Source: Podarcis cretensis (lineage: Eukaryota). From it: a stretch of DNA of 64,000 bases. The notes beneath the pieces are model-generated. The model ran no database searches, was not told where the DNA came from, and saw only the letters and a program-made list of their open reading frames with translations. Positions within the stretch are counted from its first letter, which is position 1. Each line of letters starts with the position of its first letter. The stretch lies in assembly GCA_951804945.1 (NCBI GenBank), contig OX638152.1, positions 21,886,001 to 21,950,000 on the forward strand, read 5' to 3'. Below are positions 12,821 through 27,689 of this stretch, in pieces. Made by a program: the position numbers and the translations under genes.

Positions 12821-14477
12821 TTTTGAGCTAATTCTTCCTCACCTTCTTTACACTGAAGGGTGAAAGGATATGCTATGAAATTCCTTGGAAAATGGGACCG
12901 AAGTACTTTCTGCATTTGCAGTATAGGTCAAACATATAGCTGCTACCATTCCAGCTACTATTTGATTTTGATATACCGTAACATTAATAGTGTTCTAAAC
13001 CCTCCCTGCAGAGCAGTCAAGTCCTTGTTTAGGAGACTTACAATCTGCATTAGACTGAAAAGAGATAGCAGAAGTTAGGGAATTACAAGTGCCAGGTAAT
13101 ATGTTGCATGTACCACAGATATACTGTCCAAACTGGGGTAAAACTCTGCAGCAAATCTTTCCTTCCTGGTACAATGGTTAGGATCCCTTACCACAAGATG
13201 ATCTGGGTCCATCAGCGGTTCCAGTTTGGTCCATGAGGCCATTTTTTTTCACCTGTCAATCAGCTGAGGTTACTCCCATGAGTGGGTGCTGTCAGCTGAT
13301 GGGCTAAATTCAATTCTGTGTGGGCTGTGGATGCAGCCAAAGCAACAGGATTTAATTCCCCTCCACCCAGAGGGTTAAACCCTGCTCAGCTCAGCAGGAG
13401 TCAGTACAAAACCTTTCCTAAATCAGAAAGCCCGTGAGGCCAAAAGTTTCCCCACCCGTGCCTTATTCCATAGAGCAATTTATGGGATGTGAAATCTGTG
13501 GTTCTCCAAATGTTGCTGCACTATGACTCCCATCAGCACCACCCAGCATGATGGGGATTATAGTCCAAAAGCACATTCCCTGTTTAAAACCAGCTGCATT
13601 GTTTGCCAGTTGGTTTCTGGTTCAATTCAAGGTGCTCACCTTACTGCTTATAGCCCTAAGCAGCAGAGGAGACCCTCTTAGTAGTTCTACCCCCCCCCTA
13701 AGAAGTTCAGGAGCAGCATCCCTCCGTTAGAAGATGCAATGTGTAGCCTGGGTCCTGGGCATGGTACAAAATAAGAGATATTATATAGTGGAGATATGGG
13801 GAAGATGAAGGAGAGTGACTCAACACAAGTGGATGAGGAAAAGACTGAGGAGGACGACTTGGGGAGGATAGATCTGGAGACATGTAGAGAACATCATGTC
13901 AAACATCACAATGTGCTTGTAGTTTGTCCAGCTTGTTTTATTTTCATTTGCTTTATTTGTATATATAATTCTGTGTATCTGTGCATTATAATATTTGTAA
14001 CATACGTGTTCTGTCAAGCAATATGTATATATGGGGGGATGTGATTTTGGGGTGGGTGGGGAGGAGAGGGCACAAGGCAGTCATTTCATTTCACTGCAGC
14101 AAGATCCCTCCCCACAAAAGAAATGTGCAGTTTAACATATTTCAGGTCCTTATGCCACTACCTAGTTAATGACACAGACAGTGGCGTGAAGTGAAGAAAG
14201 CTCCATGTCAGGATGTCAGGAACAAAGCCAAACTGAACGACACATTGCAGAGGTGAGACAGGTAAAACTCAAGGGCTACCTTTTTCAGTTAACTTCTAAT
14301 GTTGACTCCTATATAATAATTTCCTCGGATTGCATGCTAGATTTAAACTTTTGGATAAATCCAAGCAGAGCCTGATAGGGAAAGGCTGCATTGTTTCGAG
14401 CCTCTCTGGACAAGAGCTCTGTTCAGCTCAAAAGCCTGCTAGTTTAACACTACCGAGACAAGTGCTTATAATAAATA

Positions 14478-14864
14478 AGGTAAAAAAGTAAAGGTAAAGG
14501 ACCCCTGGATGGTTAAGTCCAGTCAAAGGCAACTATGGGGTGTGGCACTCACCTCACTTTTCAGGCTGAGGAAGCCAATGTTTGTCCGCAGACAGCTTTC
14601 TGGGTCATGTGGCCAGCATTACTAAACTGCTTCTTGTGCAATGGGACACCATGACGGAAACCAGAGCGCACGGAAACACTGTTTATCTTTCTGCCATAGC
14701 AGTACCTATTTATCTACTTGCACTGGTAGGCTTTGAACTGCTAGGTTGGCAGGAGCAGGGACAGAGCAACAGGAGCTCACCCTGTTGTGGGGATTCTAAT
14801 TGCCAACCTTACAATCGGCAAGCCCAACAGGCTATGGTTTAGACCACAGCGCCACCCACATCCG
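14478..14864 (-). mobile_element. Sauria SINE, older or different subfamily
   Basis: Same head and ACCTTT tail as the other copies, with a divergent, longer 3' body. Confidence 0.85.
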
Positions 14865-17800
14865 CTAAATACAATAAATATAAAAAATACCACCGTAGTG
14901 AAATATTTGTATACAGACTTCTAGGGTGCTAGCAAGACAAGGACTGCTGTGTACGCTGCCCAGAGTTGAATTAATTTGGTTTTGGGGTAGAGGAAGTTTG
15001 CATTAAAGCAGAAGTGGACACATACAATGCCAATTGTCACACTAAGGGGGAAACTGGTGAGAAGCAACATTTACCCAAGGAAAAACATTTCCTAAAACTG
15101 GGAACGGCTGTGAGGAGCTGGGATTTGCATCTGTTTAAAGCATGAATGTTTTACATAGCAGTTCTGGCTTTAGAAAAATTCAGTTCCCCTAAAGGCTCTG
15201 GGATAAGTTAACCGATTATGAAGGTATTGCATCAAATGGGCCTACTTTGTACTCACACTGTGGGGTTGCCTTGTGTGCTACTGCATCTTTGGTTCATAAA
15301 TGCATGAACTCTCTCCATCCTACCCAGCATGAGTGGGTGCGCTAAATCAATATGCTGGATTCATAACTCGCTCAGGTGTAAATGTCGTATTACATAGTCC
15401 TGCTCCAGATTGACATGGGTGCTTGAGATGTGAGTTTCTCCCACATTTCCTTAGACTTGAAAGGAAGCTGGCTGTCAGAATGCTGCAGACAAAATACCTC
15501 TGCTGTCAGCTACTCAAAGTCTGCTCTGTGAATAAATAGAGGAGTTCAGGCTCCAGGGCAATCTAAGACATCAGCATTCATTAGCAGCAAATATTAAAAT
15601 GTAAAGACTTCTAAGATTGGCTCTCCAAGGTGATTTATTTTTCACCAAGATGAAAGGGCTTTGAAAGGGTTGATGTTTTCAACAGGATTATAGACACCCG
15701 AGTTTTAAAACAAAAAATATAGCATAGTGCACATCAGTTTAGCTCTTGGGCCCAATGTGTGAAGCAAAATATTATTGGTGGTGAATTACCTCACTAAGGA
15801 GCTATTCTGACACACAGTAGTTCCATTATGTGGATGATCATCTGATGTGCTTCTAGCAGATAGTGTTTTGCAACAATAAATACTGGAGATGATGTGTATG
15901 GATTGCTTATATTTTTGTCCCATCCACTGGGGTTCAGGGGCTCGGGGTAGTGCAGATTTGCCCCCCCCCCCATTTTCTCTTCAGATCTAAGAGATGAGGT
16001 CAAGAGATAGCAACTAGTCCAAGTTCACATGTTTCATGTTTGTTAGTAATAGATGGGCTCCCATGTTGGAGAATGGCTCAGAGTAAACCAAGCTATTCCC
16101 CATCTCAAAAAATGGGGAAACAGCTCAACATGAGCCTATACAATCTAAATCAATTTGGACCCTGCCAAGCCAACAGACCCCACAGTCTGATGGACTTTAA
16201 AACTTCTTCGGACTCATTCTTTTTCCCTCCCACCCTCTTGCTTTGCTATTGTTCTGGTAGCAAACAGGAGAAAGGAAAGAAGGAAAGTTGTTTCTCAGTT
16301 GGGCACCTGCAAGGTAGAGAACTCCCTCCTTTCACATACTATGCCGGAGCATCAATCTTGGGATATGAGTGTCTGGATGGTGGATAGCAGGAATTGTGTG
16401 ATGAGTATATTAGAGAGAGAAGGAACTGCATTTTTCTCCAGCTTGGAGTCAGAGAATAATCAATGTTCACCTGTTTAAATGGTAAAAGTCCCTGAAATCA
16501 AAATTTATGGGCCACAAAACACAAGTCTCAGTGGCATCTCAGCCTTCACTCTATCCATCACACCACACTGGCTTACATTGATAACTGGTGGCATATAATT
16601 GCCAGTGTCCATATATGAAAATATTTGGGCATGACTGAATATCCCATCCACCATGGCAGTTATAACTACTATTAGCAAATTATTATTCATATAAGGCCTT
16701 ACGTTCTTCATGGACTTGAACCCTGTTTGCCTTTAAGTCATTGCTGGGTTTATCATGCCCTGGGAAATCTACCGCTTAATAATTTGCCTAGGGTGGCAAG
16801 AGAAAACAAGTTGCAGAGATCCATCCATCCATGGCTAGAGACAGATGTTTCCATCGTTCTACTGGTAAGGATATATTCTGTTAACATAAAAATTATGATG
16901 TAAACTCACCCCGTACCACTCACTTGAAAACCAAGTAATGGCAATCAGCAGGCTCCAATGTAAACATCAGTGGAAATGCCCAAACTGCTACAAAGGACCA
17001 GAAGCCTATGCACAAGCCTCATTGAATGGCCACTTCATGGCCAGATTATTTATCTGAACCACCACTCCAAATGGGAGACAGTTGCAATCAGGTTGAAAGT
17101 GTATGATGATTCCCAGCTAGGATTATATGGCTTGTTTATGACAGAATGAATTGTGTTTCTATTAAACATGGATTTTCATTTGTGAAAATGATCACCTAAC
17201 AGCACTCTTAACTAGAACTTTAAAACAGCTAAATTAACTTTTAGAGTGTGAAACTCTGGTAGTTCTTATTCCCTTAATCTTCTTATCCAGCAGATAACTA
17301 TCCCACTGAAAAGCAGTGTTCAAACTCCTAAACAGAAGAGTCAAATTAAAATTGTACTCTTTCCCCATCTCATTCTAGCTCTTCTGCTCTCCTTGATGGT
17401 GCTATCCATCAAGAGCAAGCTATCTCAGGATGGATCATAAGCCTTGTGTAATGTAATTACAGACTTTAAAGCATTGCATTACACAGCATGAAATGAATTG
17501 GCAACTCTACGCCTTATGATCCAACTGACTAATGATTGAGTAGTACAATTATAGGGTGGGGTGGGGAATGGAAACCAGGCACAGTATACCACAGCCCAGT
17601 TACTCAAGGAATTAAAGCAGGTTCAAAGAGTAGCAAAGGCCCTCAAGACAACAGTGGTAATTCATGGAGGAGTGGTGTAATACGCTGTCACACCAAGTAA
17701 CAACCGAGGGGCAGAGAAACCCCTTCACCATACCCCTATTCCAGCATGCATTGCTGGAAGGCAGAGTAGCACCATCTCAGTGCACAACTGGTGAAATGTT

Positions 17801-18642
17801 GCCTGTGTGTGCAGCTTGTCATTCACCAATTGTGTGCCACTCCAGCAATCTTCAGCTTGTAAGGGTATGGACACATCTTTCTCGTTGCTCAGTGACAGCA
17901 GCGAAGTACTACATTCCTTTAACACCACCCTGTTACCAGTGAGCAGTCATTGTTTTTTTGTTTGGATATAAACTTACCCAAAATTAACTAATGTTGGTTG
18001 CACCTACCAGAGCTCCCATCAACACAGATCTAAGTTGCCTCAGAAAAAGAGTCCATCATCTTAAGGTTTTGAAGAGGATTGCTAAACCAACGGAATTTGT
18101 TGCCACTTGGAAAACTTCTGTTACATATGGGAACACTAGGATAAGTGGCTTCATATACTGAAGTATGACTTTATTTGGTAATACCTATGACATACAACTT
18201 TGACCGATTAGTCCAATTCTTGTTGCCTTCACCTGGGACCCACTTTTAACCCAAATGTATATTTGAAGACCCATTTCTTAATCTCTTGACATGGTGACAG
18301 TGCGCCTGTTGTGAGCCACCTTGGATCAGATTACGACCCACTAGTGGTTTCTGACTCATCAGCTGAAGGTCACGAATACAGATGGCAGAAGCAACAGTGA
18401 AAAGCACACGGCCTCTGTCCCACTCCTCATCCAGCTGTCACACCAACTACGCAGGTTTGCTTGTGTTTTGGTACTGGCCAAGCACCAGCCAGATGAAGTG
18501 GATGAACTTTAATATTACCAAGACTCAAAGCCTTGATTCTTTAAAATGATTTGATTAACAGGGAATAGGAACAGGAATCTGCAACACACCCAATTGTCCT
18601 CCCACTGTAGAGTCACACGCTTATTTCACTAAGAAAAATAAG

Positions 18643-18648
18643 TTTATT
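18643..18648 (-). terminator. MSANTD4: Candidate MSANTD4 polyadenylation signal AATAAA
   Basis: tttatt on the + strand about 820 nt past the stop codon. Confidence 0.5.
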
Positions 18649-19467
18649 TGCAAAATAAAAGGAATTACATAGTGATATAAATAAACTGACATGTACAAAT
18701 AATCTATGTAAATCCCACAAGATATATTTCTGCTCAAACACTTCAATGTCAAAGTGGGCCACCAAAGCTATCTACAGAAGCCAGAGGTTCTAAAGTCTGG
18801 CTTGGAAATAAATGGTGAAATCTGTGTTTTCATACATGAAGCTTCATTTATTCTTTTTTCTACTAACAAACATAGTTGAGTAGGAAAACTACTGAGAGCC
18901 TCAAAGTCTGACCTTTCAACATTTCTCTAGAGAAGAACACACCTCATTTTAAAGGCATTACTTTCATGGTTAACACTATGTAAAGCATAAGGCCTACTTT
19001 TAATCTCATTCCTTTAGATCAAATGCAAATTTGTGTTGAAAGCTCCTATGGATTTAGAATAACACTCTTAAGAAGGACAGGATACAGCTAAGCCTTGATG
19101 CTTAATGTGGAGGCAAATCTATACAACAGAGAATGCAAGAGGACATTTAACACTTCTCTTACACTGAAATGCAATTTCACACATAAGCTCCATTTACACA
19201 GGCACACTGACTTACTGAGCACCATTCCTTAGCTTCTTTTAAACTTGAACACATTAATGTTCAACTCTGGCAATGGAAAAAGAAGTACTGTCAAGATGTA
19301 AGCATCACAGTATCAAAGCAATGGAAAGCAGGATTCTCTTGGATGATGAAACGCTTTGACAACCAGACTATCCAACACTTTTACTGAAACCAAGCTACCC
19401 TTTCAAAAAGAAAAAAGGGAGGAAGAACAAACAAAGCACAGCATTGTTAATCATGGTTTCTCCAAGT

Positions 19468-20043
<576 letters not shown>

Positions 20044-20550
20044 CTAAGAAAATTAATTAGCAATTTAATGATGTTCTGCACTAGGTAAAGATACACCTAT
20101 CAGCTGTAGGAAACGCAAGGCAGAAACTTTATATAGCTTCTGAGAGAGGCCCTCAGACTAAGATTTTTGTGAGCCTTTGGAAGAGCACATTAAGATCTCA
20201 CCTACATGTTTCATTGTTATCCAAACTTTGTGCAGATTGAGCAATGGACAGAGCAATCCTATCTTGGGGTGGGGCCCTGTAGTGTTCTGCTACTTCCTAA
20301 ACCTGCTGGCCCTTTTTAGGGACAGGTCTAATGGACAAGAGGTCTGAGGATATTGCAGCTCTTTAGCTACCCTGACTTGCCCTCTTGTGGTCTCACCACT
20401 GGCATAAGACTGTTGGCACAACATCTATGCCTGCAGAGTTTTCCTCATGGGGGCTCCAATGCCATAAATGCCATCCTGCCAGCAGGCCTCTGAGTGGCAC
20501 TTACACTGCTTCCAATGACCCATCAGTGGGCCTTCAGTCAGATTTTAGTA

Positions 20551-20670
20551 TAAGGTTACCAGATTTTTTCAATGAATCCAGGGACACTTTTCACTTCAAT
20601 GGATTTTGTATGGGGATTGATCTGTAAATCCAGGGACTGTCCCTGAGAACAGGGACGTCTGGTAACCTTA
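20551..20670. mobile_element. 120-bp hAT-type MITE in the MSANTD4 intron
   Basis: TIR taaggttaccaga/tctggtaacctta; perfect 8-bp TSD ttttagta (20543-20550, 20671-20678). Confidence 0.88.
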
Positions 20671-20777
20671 TTTTAGTATTGCTCTGTAAAGGTGATTTCG
20701 CTTCAAATCTAGGAGACAACAGAGTGAGTTGTCACTAAGGACTGGAAATTATACAGTAGCTGAGCTAGGAAATTTTA

Positions 20778-21302
<525 letters not shown>

Positions 21303-22465
21303 TCAATGTACTTCTTCCTGTAGCAGACAAGAGATTAGTGATTTGCTATGTTCCTTAACAATCACCCCCGCAATTCAGCTTGTTCCTGCAGTGAGATCTT
21401 GTTTCAGTAGTTCAGCTTTTCCTCTTATCTTTCATAAATGCAAGAAAGTAAATGCCATCGAGAAATATGCAAAGACTGAATTTTAACCAATGAACTAAAA
21501 TCAGTTCAATTAAATAAAAATAAAAGCATCTAATAAAGGAACAAAAGGGGAGGAAACCTTAGAGGTTTAGACAAGACAACCAATTGCGTAATAATATTTA
21601 CGCAATAGTATGGAAGATACTATTGGTTTCTCATCAAAATAAGTGTTAGTGGATGCTATTTGTAAAAAAGATATAGTACTTCAAAGACATCAGGCAATCA
21701 ATTGTCTAATGTGAATCTTTGAGGTATCCAGTTTTTATTTATAGAATGCAAAAGCCACCAGGTTTCACAAGATGTGGCAATGCTCACTGGCCTAGATGCC
21801 TTTAAAGGGGGATTAGTCAATATCAATGATAGATTTATCAATGGCTTATTCACCACAACAGCTAAGGGAAACTTCCAGGTAGCTTACTTTTAAATAGCAT
21901 TTGCTGTGATATATAAATACTCAGTTTTGGGACAGTAGGGAAAGTCCATTGCCTTCATTACCTGGTTTTGGGCTTCCCAAAAGCACTTGGTGAAACACTG
22001 TAGAAAACAGGATGCTGGACTACATGGTTCTTTGGCTTTACCCTGAAAGGTTCTTCTGCTGTTCTTAGCTTCCATATGCCAGTTGCAAATGTGGCAATAG
22101 CCTGCTCTGAAATGTGTACATTTGTGTGACTGTACAATTCAAGTTTGCTTCTCAAAAGCTCTTTCCCATTTTGAAAATCACTGAGGAGAAAAATTTGTTT
22201 AAAAGCTAAGGACCAAATGATCTATGGGGAAAGCTTTTATTTTTAAATTTATAAAACCTTTCTCCTGGTATTATGCTTTCTTCCAAAAAAAATACCAATG
22301 CTGATGATTTTTAGAAATGAAGAGAGGTTAATTCAGAAGCAGAGACAGATGCTGCATATATAGAGATGAGCTATTTCCACATCCTGTTGAAGCTTCTTAG
22401 AATTCCATCCCCCGCCCCAAATGCAGCTCCTTGCATTCCATTTTCTATCATGAATTTTCTATCAC

Positions 22466-23128
22466 AAGACCTTGGTGTCATAGTGCAGTGTTTTTCAACC
22501 ACTGTTCCACGGCACTCTAGTGTGCCGCGAGATGTTGCCTGGTGTGCCGTGGGGAAAATTGAAAAATTCGAAAGATTAAAAAAAAAAAAAGTCAAATTTT
22601 CGCCCACTAGGCGGGCGCCGGACTGTGTCCACCCTATTTTCCATCTGTCCTGGGTGGGGATCAGATTGGATGGGATCGGATGAGAGTGGACAGGCGGTCC
22701 GCTCTCATCCGATTCCCTATAGAGAGCAGCAGGGCTCTGACATCTCACTCTCCACACACAGTGCGGAGACGGAGCTGTCATCCGCCGGCTTAGCAGGGAT
22801 CAGCGGATCGATCCCCGCTGAGCAGAGAACGGTCCACAACGTTTTTGTTTGCCATTAAAGAAAAAAATATTAAACATTTTCTAATGGTGGTGTGCCTCGT
22901 GATTTTTTTCATGAAACAAGTGTGCCTTTGCCCAAAAAAGGTTGAAAAACACTGTCATAGTGGATAGTTCGAAGATGTTGACCTATTGTGCAGCAGCTGT
23001 GAAAAAGACAAATTCCATGCTAGGGATAATTAGGAGAGGAACTGAAAATAAAGCTGCCAATATAATGCTGTTATACAAATCTCTTGCATAAATGCATTTG
23101 GAATACTGTGCAGAGTTTTGGCTGCCTC
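22466..23128 (+). mobile_element. CR1 LINE ORF2 fragment interrupted by the hAT element
   Basis: After removing the hAT element it reads DLGVIVDSSKMLTYCAAAVKKTNSMLGIIRRG...HLEYCAEFW, a CR1 post-RT motif. Confidence 0.75.
22486..22954. mobile_element. Non-autonomous hAT element
   Basis: Perfect 15-bp TIR cagtgtttttcaacc/ggttgaaaaacactg; 8-bp TSD tcatagtg (22478-22485, 22955-22962). Confidence 0.93.
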
Positions 23129-25049
23129 AATATTTTTTCTATCCATTCGTGTTCTTCAGTCTGTCCTCTCTTAAGATCCTAATTGCAAAACTAAAGACTG
23201 ACTTCACAGCCTTTCCTCAAAACCAAAAAGTACTTTTCCAGATTTACAACAGCCAATGAAAACTGAAAAGTCTGTACACACATTATGTAAAAGCTTTACA
23301 TCTTTCCAAGGAGCTGTCCACAGCAATTCCAGCACCTCTCTCTTGGGTAGCAACAGCTAATACAGAACACAATGTTCTGTAAATATACCTGGTGTTCCTT
23401 TTCTAGTATATTCCACCTGTCAATATTGAATGTCATCAACAAGTTTTATTTCCAACTTGTTTATGCTGCAAGATCCAACAATAATCTTCACAGTTTACCT
23501 TTATCCCACTACCAATAGTCTATTGATCAGTGTGCAAATACCAATAATTTATCCTGTGCCCTCTGTACACTTACAGAGGGATGCATCACAGAAACCTGAG
23601 AATAAACCGATGATGTCAATGAAGTCTGGAAATCCCAGATTTTAACCTTGGGTTTAGGGAGAGGGTAATTTGTGGATCCATTTTGGATTGCATCTCAGAT
23701 TGCCCTGGTCAAATCGTAAATTGAACTGGAGGTTGAATTATTATTTTTTTCAGACATCTAGAAGAGGGATGAGCAGCCTGTACCTGTTAGCCTCATTTAA
23801 TGTGGCTGTCAAGAAGGTGGTAAATGGGGCTAACAGTGAGAGAGAAGTGTTGTACCTTGCCTACTTTGGGTTCCACCTCTATCCTCCACCCACATATAAA
23901 GCACCCAGCCAATTACCCCAAAGGAATGTAGCCCTGAAGGTCATCAGCTGCAGGAGAATGCCTGACTGGGCAGGAGAATCTAGTGGTTCCATATGATTTT
24001 AAGACTGTACCTTGTCCATGCACCTTCAGTGTTAACTACATCACACAGACTTCTTTGTAAACAGAACCGGGCAGGTTTTTCTTCTCCATGAGTTAATTTA
24101 CTCTCCAAATGATTACAAGAGGCAGTAAGGGCTGCAGCTGATACTGTTTTGAAGAACACTGAATAACAGGTGACCAGCAATACTATCCTATGTTGCAAAT
24201 ATGATCAGAAAGATGGGGAAAGCACATGATATATATTTAAAGTGTCTAAGGGGGAAGAGAAAGCACAACATCCATCCTGTATGAGCTACCCTTCTTCACC
24301 ATACAACGCCTGGGCTTTGATCAGCATATGTTCATATCATGGCCAACACAATCCTAACTCCACTCAAAAAGTCCCACTGAGATCAACGCTGCCTGTTTCC
24401 TATGTTAGCTGACTGCATCACACTTATAAAGTGGCTTTTTTTCTTTATAAAAAAGAGATGCTGGATCTTGACCACCTTTTTTTAGGGGGAGCATCCAGCC
24501 AAAGTTGTTGAGTGACAGAGAGCCTTTGTATGATTGGAACAGGGTGCCCAGAGGAGGATGTTTTGAAAACTAGCTCTAGGTGCCGTTGATCAGGAAGTCG
24601 CCACCTCAGCATAGCCCTAATGGCCAACTTTCTCCATAAACTTGTGATGCAACCACTAATCTACTTTTAAAGGACACCCTTTTAAAAAAAAAAAAAACCC
24701 ATCTCATTGTAAGGAGAAAACAAGCACTGTGGGTGAGAGTTTGGCCCAGAACCTATTGTGCAATTTCCCATCTTGCAGCAGTTTACAAACAGGTATGTAG
24801 GAATAATTCGAAAAAGGAATATGGGGGAGGAACAAGAAGATGAAATAAGAAGATAAGGTATCAGAAGGCAACCCTCCTCAGCTGCCCTAGGAAATGAACT
24901 CTTGCTCTCCAGCGGGGCTGTTGCTTTAGCTTTCGAGTAGGCAGTCCTTGGTGCAGCCACTGTGTTTTCTACACGTCGCACACCACTCCAACGGCTCTGG
25001 TAGGAAGAATGGGGATTTAAATCCAACAAAACAGCAAAAACACAACGAC

Positions 25050-26200
25050 AATAGCGACGGCAGCATCCCTCACCAGGAGCGGCGCGGCCCATTCTCCCAC
25101 CTCGGGGCTCCTTCGGGGGACGAGGGAAATGAGGGGCCGCCGCGGTTCACCTTCACACAAGACACACACATACACCCCGCTTTGAATTTGAACGTGTGGA
25201 GATGTTACGAAGCGTTGTCGACGGCGAATATTCTCCTCGGGAAAACGGGTGGGGCGCGGGGAGGCTGCGCACCTGGCGCCCCCCGGCCACGCCACGCGAT
25301 GGCGGAAGAGGGGAAGGAAGCCCGTGAGGGAAACGGAGGCAGGGGTGGGAGAAGGCGGAGGAAAAGAGCCGAGCTTCCCCCCCCCCCCACATACACACAC
25401 ACCATAGCCAGGGAACTGGGATCTACCCCGGCGCTCCCTCACAGGCGGACGCGGCTCCTCCCCTTCCTTCCTTCCTTCTTCCCTCCCTCCTTCCCTCAGC
25501 AGCGCAAGAGCGACTCACCTGCGCGCACCGCTCCCCCTTCCGAACAGCCGGCCTTTTGACCCAACCCCCACCCGCCTGCCGCGGCCGCCGGCGAGGCCGC
25601 CTGTCACTCACCCATCCACGCGGCGCTCCGATTGGACGGCGCCGCGCGCTCGCCACTCGCTCGCGCTCCCCAACGGTTCCAACCGCCTCCTTTCCCCAAC
25701 TCGCGCAACTTTGCCCGCCACGCCCCTAGCGCCACGCCCCCACTCGCTCGCTCTCGCGTTCTGACCCGTCTCCCGCCTATTGGTCCCGGCGGCTGCTTGT
25801 CAACGAGCATGGCTTCCGTCATTGGTGGAGGGGGCGAAAAGAGGCGGTTGTTTTCGCGGCGCCTTCGGAGGAGAGGGAGAAAGGGCGGGTGAGGGGGCGC
25901 AGGCGAGGCGGCGGGTTGAGGAGGAGGAGGGAGGGAAGTCGGTGGGCCTTCCCTAGGTACGGCCGCAGAGGAGGAGTCGGTCTTCGCCCGTGTCAGTCCT
26001 CACCGGGACGGAAGGGGGCGGGCAGAGGGCGGTGGATTCCGTTTGCGATTTTTGGGATACCGCTGTGGAAAGGATTGGATCACCTCAGAGCACGCGCAAG
26101 TTGCGTACCGCTGCCCGCTGCGTTGCCGCCTACCTGAGCGGCGCAGCGGGAAGGGTTGGGTGCGATCCCCGCTTCTGCAGCTTCAAAGAGAGGGGACATC
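25050..26200. promoter_or_regulatory. MSANTD4: CpG island / MSANTD4 promoter and non-coding first exon
   Basis: GC- and CpG-rich; ATTGG (CCAAT) boxes near 25631, 25779 and 25821; minus-strand donors GTGAGT at 25513-25518 and 25606-25611. Confidence 0.8.
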
Positions 26201-26967
26201 CAAAAGGGGGGAACATGCTTTATAAACTAACATTTTTTTAAAAAAAATAGCTTCGTGCACGCCACATTCGTAGTTTGCAAAGTAGCCAGTTGTTGCTGGT
26301 GTTTGCATTTCCCTGCGCACAGCTGCTTCCACTGCAGCACGCACACCCCATCCCGTACAGTATTGGGTGATGACATTTGCCTCCTACGATCCTCGGCAAT
26401 GGAAAAGTCCCAAACCTTTGCAGCATGTGCCGTGTTGGGGTGTTCACTTTGCTCGTGTGTAAACGACCACTCAGTTCGGGAGAGTAGTGGCAGGGGCATG
26501 GAGGAGACAGGGAAGAGCATCTGTCTTGCAATGCAAGAGGTCCCAAGTTCAAGCCCAGGTATAGCCTGGAGGGATTTCTTCCTGAAACTCTTGCAGAGCT
26601 GCTAACAGTGCTGAGCAAGGTGGGCCAAAGGTCTGACTTGGCAGCTTTCCGATGTCTTTGCATTGGCTGGGAGCTGGGAAGACAACATCATCTTGGAGGC
26701 CATAGATAAGTCCCCCATCCTTACTGTTGGCAAGGCAGTAGCAGCAGGCCCATGCTTCTCCCTCCAGAAAGAGGGAGGGTGAACAAGTGGAGAATTCCCT
26801 GTAAAGAGCAGCCACAATTTCTTCCTCTATTTCATCCTGGCCCAGCCCTCCTTACCCTGACAGCAACCTTGTGCAAAGAGAAGGCAAGCAAGGGGTTGGT
26901 AGACCCACCCCCTCAGAGGGAGGAGGCCGGAAAGTCTGATTTTAACAGTATCCCAAGGGTTTAAAAT

Positions 26968-27289
26968 GGGATGTGGGTGGCGCTGTGGTCTAAACCACAG
27001 AGCCTTGGGCTTGCTGATTGGAAGGTTGGCAGTTCGAATCCCCGCAACAGGGTGAGCTCCCGTTGCTCAGTCCCTGCTCCTGCCAACCTAGCAGTTCAAA
27101 AGCACGTCAAAGTGCAAGTGCAAGTAGATAAATAGGAGCGGTGTTTCTGTCCGCTGCTCTGGTTTGCCAGAAGTGGCTTAGTCTGCGGACAAACGCCAGC
27201 TCCCTTGGCCAGTAAAGCAAGATGAGTGCTGCAACCCCAGAGTCATCCGTGACTGGACTTAACGGTCACGGGTCCCTTTACCTTTACCT
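26968..27289 (+). mobile_element. Sauria SINE
   Basis: gggatgtgggtggcgctgtggtctaaaccacagagcc head; cctttacctttacct tail followed by a 21-bp tandem duplication. Confidence 0.88.
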
Positions 27290-27598
27290 AAGGGTTGTAA
27301 AGCATTTTATAAGGGTTGTAAAGCATTTTATAAGTGATCAACACTATCACTTACTTCACTCAGTGCAGGCCAGAGATAGAGGGTGAGCAAGCAGAGGGAG
27401 TGGCAGTGGCTGTCAGTTTCCTTATACTGGTCCTGGGCGTTAAATAGGAAGTTTTTAGAGTTCATACTTGTTTTGATGGTTCTATAGCTTTCCTAGGGTT
27501 TTAATTACAGATAGGTAGCCATGTTGGTCTGCCATAGTCAAAACAAAATAAAAAAAATCCTTCCAGTAGCACCTTAAAGACCAACTAAGTTAGTTATT

Positions 27599-27638
27599 GG
27601 TATGAGCTTTCGTGTGCATGCACACTTCTTCAGATACC
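27599..27638 (-). ncRNA. Minimal type I hammerhead ribozyme motif (mirror copy)
   Basis: Exact reverse complement of 27650-27689. Confidence 0.65.
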
Positions 27639-27649
27639 AGGTATCTTCA

Positions 27650-27689
27650 GGTATCTGAAGAAGTGTGCATGCACACGAAAGCTCATACC
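27650..27689 (+). ncRNA. Minimal type I hammerhead ribozyme motif
   Basis: GGTAT-CTGAAGA-A-GTGTGCATGCACAC-GAAA-GC-TC-ATACC: stem I GGTAT/ATACC, CUGANGA and GAAA cores, hairpin stem II, palindromic AGCT stem III, UC cleavage site. Confidence 0.65.

Noticed and set aside
24682-26663. Many overlapping 60-200 aa ORFs in the CpG island
   Set aside because: Low-complexity Arg/Pro/Gly-rich frames expected from GC-rich DNA; no recognisable domain.
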